From the NCBI GenBank assembly GCA_001929475.1, contig LXFE01000157.1, positions 1-64,000 of the forward strand: 64,000 bases of DNA, read 5' to 3'. Below, one piece after another: positions 36,556 through 50,742 of this stretch (positions within the stretch are counted from its first letter, which is position 1; each line of letters begins with the position of its first letter). This DNA comes from Neolecta irregularis DAH-3. Its lineage: Eukaryota. A model generated the notes under the pieces. The model was not told the origin of the DNA. It did no database searches and saw nothing but the letters and a program-made list of their open reading frames with translations. The position numbers and the translations under genes were made by a program.

Positions 36556-37927
36556 ATGTCCTTAAACGACTGTTCCACAGCGCAATCTTCAAGAACCAAC
36601 CATCACTCCGTAGTTTCATCGCAGTCCCTCAGTATGAGAGTTAAAAACGTGCCCACAAACGCTGTTTCTCCAAGGTCCAAAAGTGCTACCAGACCTCAGC
36701 TTCCGTTAGGCACACTAAATAGTCCCAAATCAAGCTTGGCTTTACGAGAGGCAATTGCACGGGCAAAGGCAGCCAAAAAGAAGAACGTTCAGCCAGGCAG
36801 TGGAGCACCTAATTCGTTCTCGCAGAATGCCGACGCCTTTGGGCAATCGCCTCAGATCAACGATCACGATATTGGAATCCAGAGTTTGCTTGTCCGAGCC
36901 CGATCATCAGGTATGTTCCCCTACCCAGAGATGGCCAACAAGGACAGGAAAGTTGAATATCTCAGGGAGAGAACTGAAGGAGATTCCAGAGGACGTGTAC
37001 AATATGTATCATGTCAAATTGGGCTCAGTCGATCTTTCAACGAGCGAAGACGACGCTTGGTATAACAATGTCCATCTTACAACTTTTGTCGCCTCAGATA
37101 ATGAAATCACCAGACTTGATGCTCGATTAGTCGAGGAATTCGGCGGAATAGAACTTGTTGATGTTGAGCTTCCTCAATAACCAGTTACTGATTTCAAGAT
37201 GAGAAATAACAAACTTCAATGCTTGCCATCTGCATTCATTGAACTAACCCAATTAACAAGCTTGAATCTCTCCCGAAATAATCTTGACAACCAAGTAATT
37301 GCACTAATCTCCAGTATTTCTCCCCTTCGGATTCTTCATCTCGCGGAAAACCGGCTCACAGGCCCACTTTTTGATCTCGGTCTCCTGAAGAATCTTGAAG
37401 TCCTCGACATTTCACGGAACGCAGTGACCTCGATTTCATCATATTCTAAGCTCCGTATCCTCAATGCTGAAAAATGTCGACTTGTCGACATTCCCCTGAT
37501 TGAAAGTTTAGTTGAGCTTAAAGTCGGACAGAACAAATTGTCAAAGATTCCCAACTTTCCTAATATGAGATCATTGGATTGTCATGGGAATTCGCTGACT
37601 TCGTTACCTGCTCTTCCCTCCTCAATTACAATCGATGCAGCATCCAATCAAATTTCAACAGTCGATACTCTATCTGAAAGTCTGATTACCCTCCTCTTGT
37701 CAGATAACGCATTGTCTACTTTTCCCAAAAGCATTCTGAGTCAAAGTTCGTTGACTACATTGGACATTTCCGCGAACCAAATTAAAGAATTACCGGGTGA
37801 ACTGGGATTGATGGATTCACTGAAGAAGATCTTACTTGAGGGGAATCTTATCCGGGATAAATCTATCCTGACAAAAGATTGCGAAAGCATCAAACGCCTT
37901 TTGAGAACAAGAATGGGATTGGAGTAA
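36556..37927 (+). CDS. Leucine-rich repeat protein (LRRC40-like), start uncertain
   Basis: Contains ARSSGKLNISGRELKEIP followed by multiple LxxLxLxxN repeats; two introns. Confidence 0.82.
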
Positions 37928-38215
37928 TTTGGTGTATGGGAATGGCGTTCGTGCTCTTCCCTTTCTTTTTGGTATATTGCAACGAGTAGCTTTGATTATT
38001 TATCTCGTTTTCAAAAGATTAAAGAGCAATCATTCATAATACAAAAAGGTTCTAAACAGCAAACGTGTGACCGGGCGGCAAGTATCGAGTAAGAAAATAA
38101 GTAGACGACCCAATCCTCAGTTGAACTGTTGACGTCTATCAAAATATTTCCCGCCCCTGGTATTAACAAGTGTTCATGGTTCCCATATTTACACAATCCA
38201 GTTTTCAAACTTGGA

Positions 38216-40975
<2,760 letters not shown>

Positions 40976-41054
40976 AGTTGATGATTAACAAGAGATTGTT
41001 GTTTTGCTAATTGAACTAATCAAGGTTTGAATGTCGCTTTCGATGAACTCGCGT

Positions 41055-41135
41055 TGTGGTATGAGAACTAAGTGTCGGGGGTCAATTCTGTCTCCTACGG
41101 TGTAGTATGAGAACTTGGTCTACTACACTACCACA
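41055..41135. repeat. Short relic of the same TGTRGTATGAGAACT-terminated repeat family as 6333-7248
   Basis: TGTGGTATGAGAACTAAGTGTCGGGGGTCAATTCTGTCTCCT matches 6333-6375. A second terminus copy starts at 41101, and inverted ends TACTACA and TACCACA follow. Confidence 0.75.
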
Positions 41136-42312
41136 GTCATAGGGCGCCCCTGCCCCTGCCCCTGCCCTCCTCCCTCATCCTCGCCGCCTCCCTGCGCGCT
41201 GCCGCCCGCGCCCTCCGCGGCGACATCATCCCCGACACATTCGCCTATAGGGCAGGAAGTGTAACATACAACGTTAAAGACCTGTCTCGTAGAGGGCAGC
41301 GCAATAATTTGTGTATCTAGAAGTATATAGTGTTACTTACAGCGGACAACAGCACAGAAACTCATCGTCTCGCTGATAATCGGCCAATCACATATAGCCG
41401 ATTACAGCGTCTAAAAAGCACCTACTTCCATAGCTTTACAAGTACATCCATTATGATGAATTAAAAGCCTAAACTTATTTAAAGAGAGGTGAAAAAGCAG
41501 CCGAGAGGTTTAAAAAGAGCTGATTGTACAAATAATCTTTCCAGTTTGAATATCAGTACTTTCTTCCTACAAACATAATCATTTTCCAATCTTCAAAGAA
41601 CATTGAAAACTTTGATTTTCTGTCCCGTTCATGAAATTTGACTTTTAAAAAAGATACCTGCTTGGCTATATTGGGTACAAAGTCCTCAATTCTATTTCAA
41701 TGGGGACTATATCCTATTATTTGAAACTCCCTGAAGATACAATATCCTACAAGAAACAGGAAGAAAATCAGTTGCTTTTTGGCATTATTAATGATAGAAC
41801 TATAGACACAGGCAGGGTTGCATCTCTATCAGAATCCAGGCGTCCGGACTTGCCGCTCAGGAGGCTTCGCTGGGAATATACGATCGCGATTCCGAAAAAT
41901 AAAGGCAACTAGGTATATTATTGCTCCGGTTTGGCCCACTTATAGAACTGGGACATGCGCTTCCTTCATCTCTGTTTGTCTCCCTGCCTACCTCTCAGGC
42001 GGCAAAGCTTGTGTTCGTCCTGACTTGGCTCGGTGGTACTGCTTGCCACAGTCAGGCTGCTTTGATCGGCGTTGACGTCAGTGAGCCTTGAACCGTTGGG
42101 GGAGTCATGGTAGCTTGCGGTGCAGCGCACCGGTGCTGTCTGATCGTGGGGCATGATTAAGTCCCCACACCATTCGGCAAGTACAGATTGATAACCAAAG
42201 CCTACACCAAATTTTTTGATTGACTATGGTGTCCAAGTTCTAACAGGCAGAAAAACAGAATGGGATAAAATTCGCCGGTAGCTGTTTCCCACCCTAAATC
42301 ATCTCAACCTCT

Positions 42313-43355
42313 ATGAATCTCCCTTTAACGTCCCTAACAACCGCTATTCTCTTATATATGGCCTATAAGCTCTTATTTCCTAGAGCGCCCCGATCCCCAC
42401 TGATATATTTGAATTCCCTATCAAAAGAGGAAAAGAAAAGTTTACCATACTCACTCGACTTTTTTCCTAACGGAGAATTCATAAAATCACCTTATGGCTA
42501 CATCCGCGCTTACAGATTTGGCCCATTAGACGGAAAGAAAGTATTGTTTTTGCATGGGATTAGTACTCCATGTCCTGTATTCAGAGATCTAGCAAATACA
42601 AGTGTTGAATCTGGGTTCCAAGTTTTGCTATTCGGTGAATACACTCGGTAGATATTCTAATGAGTAAGATTTTTTCGGGAGAGGATATAGCGATGCGCCC
42701 ACGGATCTTCCCTTCGACGGAAGACTTCATATTTCTCAAATTTTGGCAGTTCTTGCTCATTATCAGTGGAATAAGTTTGATATAATTGGATATAGCATGG
42801 TAAATCAGCTCAGATAGGCTAATAATACTGATTTTGCTTCAGGGAGGAGCGATTGCCACATCATTTACCTCTTTCTTTCCTACTCAAGTCCAGAAAGTCA
42901 TCTTAATTGCCCCGGCCGGTCTAATACCGAGAACAACCATTCCATTGTTTTCACGAATTGCATTATCTCCTTTTATTCCACTTTCCCTCGTACACTCACT
43001 TTTTCCCCCAGGACAAATCGAATCGATCAAAAGGTCCGAAGAAGGCCGTCCTTTCACAGATCGGATTGTTGAAACCCAATCAACCTTCAATCCGGCCATT
43101 GGCTGGGCTACCCTAAGCTCTCTCCGTCATTCACCATTGTTTGATCAGGAGGATATGTTTCGTTCTTTGGGAAACCGAGAGGTATTCGTAGCGTGGGGTC
43201 GCGAGGATACCGTCACACCAATCACTGGGCTGATTAGAATGAAGAATTTGGGTATGAATGTTAGGGAGTTTTTACTTGATAATACAGGGCATGATCTTGT
43301 TTTGACAAGATCTCGCGAACTTTGTGAAGCCATCTCAGAGTATCTAAGGGGATGA
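42313..43355 (+). CDS. Alpha/beta hydrolase with N-terminal membrane anchor, 3 exons
   Basis: Contains LFLHGISTP, DFFGRGYSD, the nucleophile elbow GYSMGG (spliced), WGREDTV and TGHD. Confidence 0.88.
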
Positions 43356-43544
43356 GATCTGGGAGTTTGTATTATCTGCAATGAAATATATTAAATCCTA
43401 TAAATAACAATGCGTAAAGACTGAAATCATTACAAGGGGCTTAGACGATATGGACAGGATGTCGATGAAGATCTAAATTTTAGGTACTCATGCTGATCCG
43501 TTGAAAAATAGATATAGCTCTCACTCTGGGATCTGCAGTTGCTC

Positions 43545-43950
43545 TTACAGACTTACAGGACCCGCAAACTCACATCACTCGCCACTCTCCTTATAAAATC
43601 CTTTTTGGAATCAGGGTCCCTACCTTCGATCCTGTCCTCTAATTTTCCAATCAATACCCCTCCGACGAGCAAAATGCTTGAGACATGATGCAATTTCAGA
43701 ACATGTTTCCAATAAACGTGCTCAGGCCTTAGACAACTATAATCCAATTACTACTTTCAAAGTTGGTCAGATCGTCCTGCTCACTTGCTCAATTTCAAGA
43801 ACAAAGCTTTTAAGCTTGCATTATCCAACGCTCTATGTTATTAAGTCAGTTCATGATGGTAACATATATAGGACAATCAACAATCCATCTAAACCTATAA
43901 ACCCATCCAACATCAAGCTACACAACACTTTCATTTGAAAAAGGGGGAAA
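43545..43950 (+). mobile_element. Degenerate Ty3/gypsy integrase C-terminal relic with a polypurine tract
   Basis: Frameshifted YRT..H..RHSPYKILFG, then FKVGQIVLL..KLL..YPTLYVIKSVHDGNIY..INPSNIK, followed by GAAAAAGGGGGAAA (43937-43950). Confidence 0.65.
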
Positions 43951-44000
43951 TAAAGTAGGTAAACCGAGATCTATCAAAAGAAAAAAAATCGTATTAATAA

Positions 44001-44211
44001 GGGTGTGTTCGCCAGCCACCTTAAAAAGCTATCATCATATTCTTTCATAGTGGCTGGTGAACTTAAATATTTGGATATTTAGATGAAAATTGTGGCTGCT
44101 GAATACACACTGACTGGATCAGTATTCTTTTCTTGAGATATTTGTCAGAATATCTCAAGAAAACTTTGGAATTGAACGTGGCGTTTTCAATGGTGGCTAG
44201 CGAACGCACCC
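44001..44211. mobile_element. PIF/Harbinger (Tourist-like) MITE, 211 bp
   Basis: TIRs GGGTGTGTTCGCCAGCCACC / GGGTGCGTTCGCTAGCCACC (18 of 20 identical). TAA TSD on both sides; internal TIR-like subrepeats. Confidence 0.85.
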
Positions 44212-44237
44212 TAAATTGGAATTATAACGAAAAGCCT

Positions 44238-45940
44238 TCATCCCCAATTCTCCATATGCAACCGGACTCCATTCCATTCTGTCCAAGTTTTCCGACTTTC
44301 ATCAGGAGTTAACCGGCCATGTTCTATACCAACATCAACTAGTGCATCCATGATATCCTGCGCCATTCCCTTGCCTGAACCACAAGCATAAATTGCGCCA
44401 TTTTCTTTATTCAGAACCCTCCAAATAGTTTTTCCTTGTCGACGAATCTCATCTTGAACATATTCTTTTCGCCCACGCCTACTTTCAACGATTGTTCTTG
44501 CAGAATAATCGCCTCCCCATTCTCCACAATAAATTTCGTCAACGTGACAATCTCGACAGCCCTGGATAACGTACACTTGTCCAGAACAAGCGGCGTTTTG
44601 AAGTCGTCTTTGAACAAATCCTCTGAACGGAGCAATTCCAACACCGGCGCCAATTAGAACAATTGGACCTTCAGCCTTATACTCCAGAGCCAGAGCATTT
44701 TTGTGTAAACCCCGGAACATTGGAATGGTTATCATCTCGCGTTCGAACGAAGATGAGGAAATCCATTTCTGACAGCGTTGCTCAAGAAAACCCGTACCAA
44801 CTCCAGCCCGAACCTCATCCCTCCATGTATCATGAGATTCTTGGACAGTAAATGCAAAGTCAAGGATGCGTTGTCCCGTAGGAGATGATTTTGATGGGTC
44901 ATTTGAAAGTGAATAAAATCGAGCATTAAGTGGTGGAAGAATAGAGAAGAGGTGATCTAAAGGTGGACGAGAAGATGGAAATGCATGAAGAAGATGGATG
45001 AGAGTAATCTGACCCGTAGTGCGAAGATGGCAGAATGATGGTTGGCCTGATTATTGATATTTGACACCAGAAATACAAACATACCTTGTGTAGAACACAA
45101 GAAGAGGAGAATCTTCTTTTGGACAGGGTCAGAAGTGTATTCCGCCATCAACCGTAGCAAGGCCTTTTTGGGTGGAAATGATTGGACATCGATTGTCCAT
45201 GCAAGCAATTCCCTCCGAGATGTCGGAAGTTCTCGTGGTTGATCTTCTGCCCACAACGTAGGCCAGCGACCGCCTGTGGTCTTGACAATTATAGGTTCAT
45301 CCGCTTCTTCATCTGAGATATCGAGACAACGAAGTATTTCATCGACAACTTTTAGAGAATTACGAGCCGAAATACCAATCGCCCCTCCAACAAGCCATTC
45401 GTCGCCCTCCGCGAGAGGGTAGTCGCTAACATCCATTGATATGTGATAAACACGTTTTTGAGCTCCCGCTCGAGTCAACTCTCTGGCATCGATAATTTTG
45501 GCGGGATGTATAGGGCGAGGGAAATCAGGCGCAAGATAAGAAGGCGGATAATCGCCATTTAACTTGTGAGACTCTTCGGGAGATACTTTGAACGAGACTG
45601 TAGAAGGTGGTAATTTGATTACATTCTTCAGCTTCAAGCTCTGTGTCAAGACATTGAGGGGCAACGAGAGAGTTTCAAAAGCCTTTCGGTCCGTAGTAAG
45701 AACCAAATGGTCCACGATATCTGTAGGAGTGGCGATTTGAGCTTTCGGCACTTCAAGGCCAAGATGCGAAATACCTTTGAAAATATCAAAAGTTTCATAG
45801 GCCACTTGCGTCAACGAATCTTCTAGGTCAAGATAGCACCTACAATCATAGCAGCAGCCCTGGGACAGTCCGATTGTTGTTTGTGGGTTTACTGGGGCTA
45901 TAAGATTAGTCGCAAAACTTTCTGGTCAAGACACACCCAT
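44238..45940 (-). CDS. FAD/NADPH-binding diflavin-reductase-like protein lacking the FMN/flavodoxin domain
   Basis: Contains ARELT..KRVYH, RFYSLS, GVGTGFL, IGAGVGIAPFRGF, QGCRD, YVQD, YACGSG and the C-terminal ENWG. The 5' micro-exons are inferred. Confidence 0.82.
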
Positions 45941-46301
45941 TGAAAATATAGCACGCAAGGCTTTGAGAAGGAATGAGGGTGAAGAAACAAACGCTGATAT
46001 GAGAAGCCGTGATTATACAAGTGTTCGAAGTTTGGATTACCGAAAAGTAGCAAATGTCAGGCGCTTTTAACTGCAGACGGATCAGGCCACCACAATCTGA
46101 TAAAGAGTGCAATAGTCCTTATCGAAATAAAAACAGCGAAAAGTGGAATTAAAGCACAGTACTCTGTATCCTATAAGATAGTTATCTCGTAGTACATTTA
46201 ATGTATGAATGAGAGAGTTTGTGTTTGTGGTCAACTCGACATCAAATCAAAAGCTTCTCCTTTCTTGCCAGTTGTTTTTGGCGCCGTTCAAATTCGCCGC
46301 T

Positions 46302-48608
46302 ATGGAGTATATTGACATCTGTCTGTGCTCATTTTCTAACACGTCTAGATTGTTTCCCCTTGGTCCGATTCCAGAGCGTCTTCGTTGCAGTTTTTGTGAT
46401 GATCTGGCAAGAGAACCCTTTAAACTTCCCTGTTGTCCATCGAAAACTATATGCGCCAAATGTAGGTTTCTCCCGTTACAATCTATGTTCAAAATCCTAG
46501 GCAAACGTGAGAAGCCAACTGTCTGTGTTGTTTGCCGGAAACCGCTGGGTCTCGAACAGTGTCAGGAGCACAAGTCGTTGAAAACAACGGTTCAGGTGTT
46601 TTTGAAGCGAGAGGAGAAGAAATGGAAGGATGAAATGGAGAAGAATGGGACACCGGTTTTTACTTCTACCATCGACTCGCAAGAAGTAACGGAAGAGAAA
46701 ATATTAGAGGAAACAAAGGTGGGGAATGAGCGGACGGAAGAGAATAGAAAAGCTGGGCAATCATCATCTTCTCTCAAAGTAGACGAAAACGTCATCAATC
46801 AAGATGTTATTAAAGGAGCAGAAGATCTCGTTGGTGATCCTACATCTGTTTCTGTTTTACCTCTCGAAAGCCTTAAAAACACTATCGGAAATACCTCTAC
46901 GAAAGTTGAAAGTGATCACGCGAATATCGACTTGAACTCGCCGAATCAGACAAAATCACTACCTGACCCTGCTCAAAATTCGTGGAACCAGAGTGGTATT
47001 GTGCCACCTGGGGCTAATTTACAGAATGGCGCTTTTCAGCAAGTCCAATCTGGCCGGACCAGGCTTCAGCATGGATTTTCTGGAAGCCCACAGAATATAA
47101 TGACTCAGCCTCACATGGGAAACCCGATGATTCAGGCTAGTATGAACCAAATTATACCACAGGTATCCATGGTATCAATAAATATTTAGTAATCAATCAT
47201 TAGCAGTTCGACCCTTCTTTTAGCAATGACCCAAATGCGTGGTATTCAATGAACAGAGGGTTTCCGGGGATGCCTCCATTCAACCCGATGATGGGTCAAT
47301 CCGGTGGCTGGAATAATGGAAACGGTTATAACTTACTATATACTATGATACATTGTATTGACTTTATATCAAGGATTTCCTATGGCACCCTCTCCTTATG
47401 GATTCTTTCCTGGTCAACAGTTTGGTAGCGAGCAGTTTGGCGGGGAAATGTCTTTTGGGTATCAACAAGATTATTCTCAGCAAGCGGGCTATTTCGAAGC
47501 CAATGGAGGTTACGCCGATGAATCGTTTGCAGGGTATGCTCCTGTTCAGAACTTTACTACGAATGAGCGGGGTCGAGGTGCATTCAGAGGCACCAGAGGA
47601 GGATTTCCTCGGGCCTCTGCAGCTCAAGAGATCATTCCCACAGGACAAGGTGTAGAAGGCGCTCCCACAGCACCTGCAGCATTGCGCAAAGATTCTTCAA
47701 AATTAGCCGCTTCAACTCTTAAAAACACTACCGAATCTCAGGATCTATTTAAGAACGTTCCGAAAGGTCCCAAGGCTATGATGCAAAGAGGAAGGGGGGG
47801 ATGCCCTACCCGTGGTGTCCTGTGAATTTCCAACAGCCGCATTTGAGTATTGACAGGTAGTCTGCGGCCCGTTGCTGTTCAAGGAAAAGGTCTAGAAGGA
47901 GGACAGGCATCTCGTTCAAAGTCACCAGGTCATACACGTCGACGAAGTCCTTCTGTTGTACGTGATAAAGAGAGAGAGATGAAGTATCGATCTCTGTCGC
48001 GATCGAAATCCCCATCAGCATCAACTTCTAAAAGAAGTAAAAGCAAAAGCAAAAGCAAAAGCAAAAGTAGAAGTAGAAGCAGAAGCAGAAGCAGAAGTGA
48101 AAGTATGAGTCGGAGTCGAAGTCTTACACCAAAGGTCGTTGAAAAGAAACGTTCCAGAAGCAAGTCACGATCGCCAAAGGGAAATTCTCGTCGAAGAAGT
48201 AGGCATAAAAGGAATCGAAGCAGATCGACTTCTCGGCATCGTAATGGAAAAAGAAGACATCATCGTAGTAAAGATGATCGAGATGACCGAAAATCTCGTA
48301 GGCATGATAGAGGACGCGAACGAGATTCGCGACGAAGCAGTAAAAAGAGCGAAGATGAGCATGGGGGCAGTGCCAAAGAACAAGAAGGTAGGAAGAGTGA
48401 CACCCCAGATTATGATAACGATGTTTACCTCAATTCTCCAGATGACGAGCATGATTCTGCAGGTCGAAAAACTCGCGATGAAGGTCGTAAAGAAACAGAG
48501 CGGCATGGGCGAAAGAAATCCCGCAGTAAGAAGGCGAGATATGAAGATGAAAAGTTTATTGAAGAAAATGCAGAGCGCGACAGAGAAGCGTCCCGATGGA
48601 AACGCTAG
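46302..48608 (+). CDS. RING-finger protein with Q/G/M-rich middle and RS-rich C-terminus (RBBP6/Mpe1-like RING)
   Basis: Contains IPERLRCSFC..LPCC..ICAKC..CVVC..HKSLKTTVQVFL, the motifs GAPTAPAALR and NVPKGPKAMM, and an SR dipeptide tract. Confidence 0.8.
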
Positions 48609-49230
48609 CTCTAGTTATTGAGTTTACTTTGTATCTAGAAATTGGTGATAGGCTTTTCGCATTCGCATGTCTATATTCCATTGCGTGTCTAATAGATTAA
48701 TTGGGAATCTCATCTTGCAAAAGAATCGACGAAATGGTCGTTGCACGGTGTTCCAACAAGCTCTGTACCGTCTGTTATGGGTGATACTTTGGTCGAGTGA
48801 TGTTGCGGAGTAGGTGCCTGAAACAATTACCGTTATTATTTGAGCTTCATGTTCAGACATATTGCCAAAGGAAAGATTGAAAATGAAATTCTATTAAAGT
48901 CAATGCTCTGAGAATCAGGTAGAGATTTGCGAGAGATGTACCAATCTAGACATCCTTTCAGCCCTTCTGCGTATTTGTTAACATCCATCGAAGCCTGTGG
49001 ATCATGGAATCGGTCCAGTTTTACATTTGAGACTACCAAGATCATTTTGTTTAAGCAAGGATGGCAAGGCGGATAAGAGCATTTATAATCACGGTTCAAC
49101 CAATCTTTACCTTTTGGTTTCCACGGTGAACGCTGACAAGTGGGATGTGTCCCAACTGGGAGGCAGTCCGATACCCTAGTTTTCAGAACCTGCTTTTCAA
49201 CACTCATTGCCCCATATCACAACAGCCACC

Positions 49231-50617
49231 ATGTCAATTCTGGAAGACCAGTTGTCGACTTTGTCTCTCAATCCCAGGTCTCAGGCTTTTGCCATGAAAA
49301 TGGATGAGCAATATCCATCTCTTCGCAGTGAATTCCATCTTCCAGAGGGGATTTACTTTTGCGGAAATTCTCTTGGGCTCCAGCCGAAATCGCTTCAAGC
49401 ATACGTCACAGAAGAACTTCGAATTTGGGCAGCTCATGCCATAAATGGGCACTTTGGTCATGCCGGAAATAGGCTTGGGCGAATATCGACTTACTCGTTA
49501 TTCCGCAGTAAATTATAGGTTCAAAAGAAAAGGAAGTTATCGCAATGGGGAGTTTAACTAGTAATCTCCATTTCTTAATGGCGAGTTTCTATAAGCCGAA
49601 TGTCAATGGACGCTACAAAATCATTATCGAGGGGAAAGCATTTCCCAGCCACCACGTGAGACTTTTCTCTGTACATATTTTGATGGCGCAAGTACACCAT
49701 CGAAAGTCAGATCCAGCATCACGGATTGATCCCGAAAAAGGGTTAGTTACAATCGATCAATTGAACTATCCTATGGATTAACCACCAAACAAATCTTCCG
49801 AGCAATTGATAAACATGCAGACAAAACAGCCATATTATTTCTCTCTGGAGTTCAGTTCTATACTGGTCAGTTATTTGAGATGGAGAAAATTACCAGGTAT
49901 GACCAAAATCTTGGGATAATTGTTGGTTGGGATCTGGCTCATGCAGTAGGAAATGTAGAGTTGAAGTTATCAGAGTGGAATGTTGATTTCGAAGTATCTG
50001 AACTCGGGACCGGGCACTATTGCTGGGCTATTTGTAAATGAGAGATATGACGGATAGCTGCGGTGTGATATATGTTTGATATTGATGTAACCTGAATAGG
50101 CTTGCTGGATGGTGGGGTCACGATAGAGAAACTCGCTTTGAAATGATCAACAGTATGACCTATGTACGAAATGTATTAAGAAGAAGAGTTTAAGCCAATA
50201 CCAGGAGCATCTGGATACCAACTTTCAAATCCCTCTGTCATTGATGTAATCTCTGTCTACTCTCTAGAAATTTACGGGAAAACTGATATGGCCACACTCA
50301 TGAGCCGCTCCAACCTTCTCACCCGTTACTTGAAGAAATTACTACTAGATCTTCCTTCATATTTGGAGATATTCCATATCATTACACCGGAATTATCTGG
50401 CTCACAACTGAGTCTCTATTTCCGGAATGAAAAAATGCAGAATGTCTTTGACAGGTTAAAAGACCATAAGATTACAGTGGATGCCCGACGACTGGACGTT
50501 ATTAGAGTCGCTCCTACTGCACTATACAATACTTTTGAGGAACTAAGACTATTTGTTGAAGCTTTGGGGAATATCTTGGAAAACATATTAAATGTAACAA
50601 CCATACAGTCGCGATGA
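49231..50617 (+). pseudogene. BNA5: Kynureninase pseudogene
   Basis: YFCGNSLGLQP, GWDLAHAVGNV, KYLNSGPG, RLAGWWGH and IRVAPTALYNT are intact. Lesions include a frameshift near 49474, in-frame stops at 49509 and 50055, and a deletion of the WCxY segment at 49991. Confidence 0.88.
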
Positions 50618-50742
50618 CAATGCGAAGCAGCTCTTCTATCAGTGCTTACTTGTTACTGGAATACTGTTTTGATCAAGTTAAAAGACTAATATCGACGCTA
50701 GATAAATTCTTCAGAGTCAGTCCCCACTAAAGACTGATTACT

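Noticed and set aside
41940-42250. Telomerase RNA, U3, SRP or RNase P/MRP identity for the structured tract
   Set aside because: No template or conserved boxes were found; it is kept only as an unassigned candidate.
48030-48125. AAGCAA/AAGYAG hexamer repeats and an antisense poly-Leu ORF
   Set aside because: These simply encode the SK/SR dipeptide tract of the RS protein.
48624-49207. 123-aa Cys-containing minus-strand ORF head-to-head with the kynureninase pseudogene
   Set aside because: No recognisable family, and my splice models hit stop codons; unresolved.
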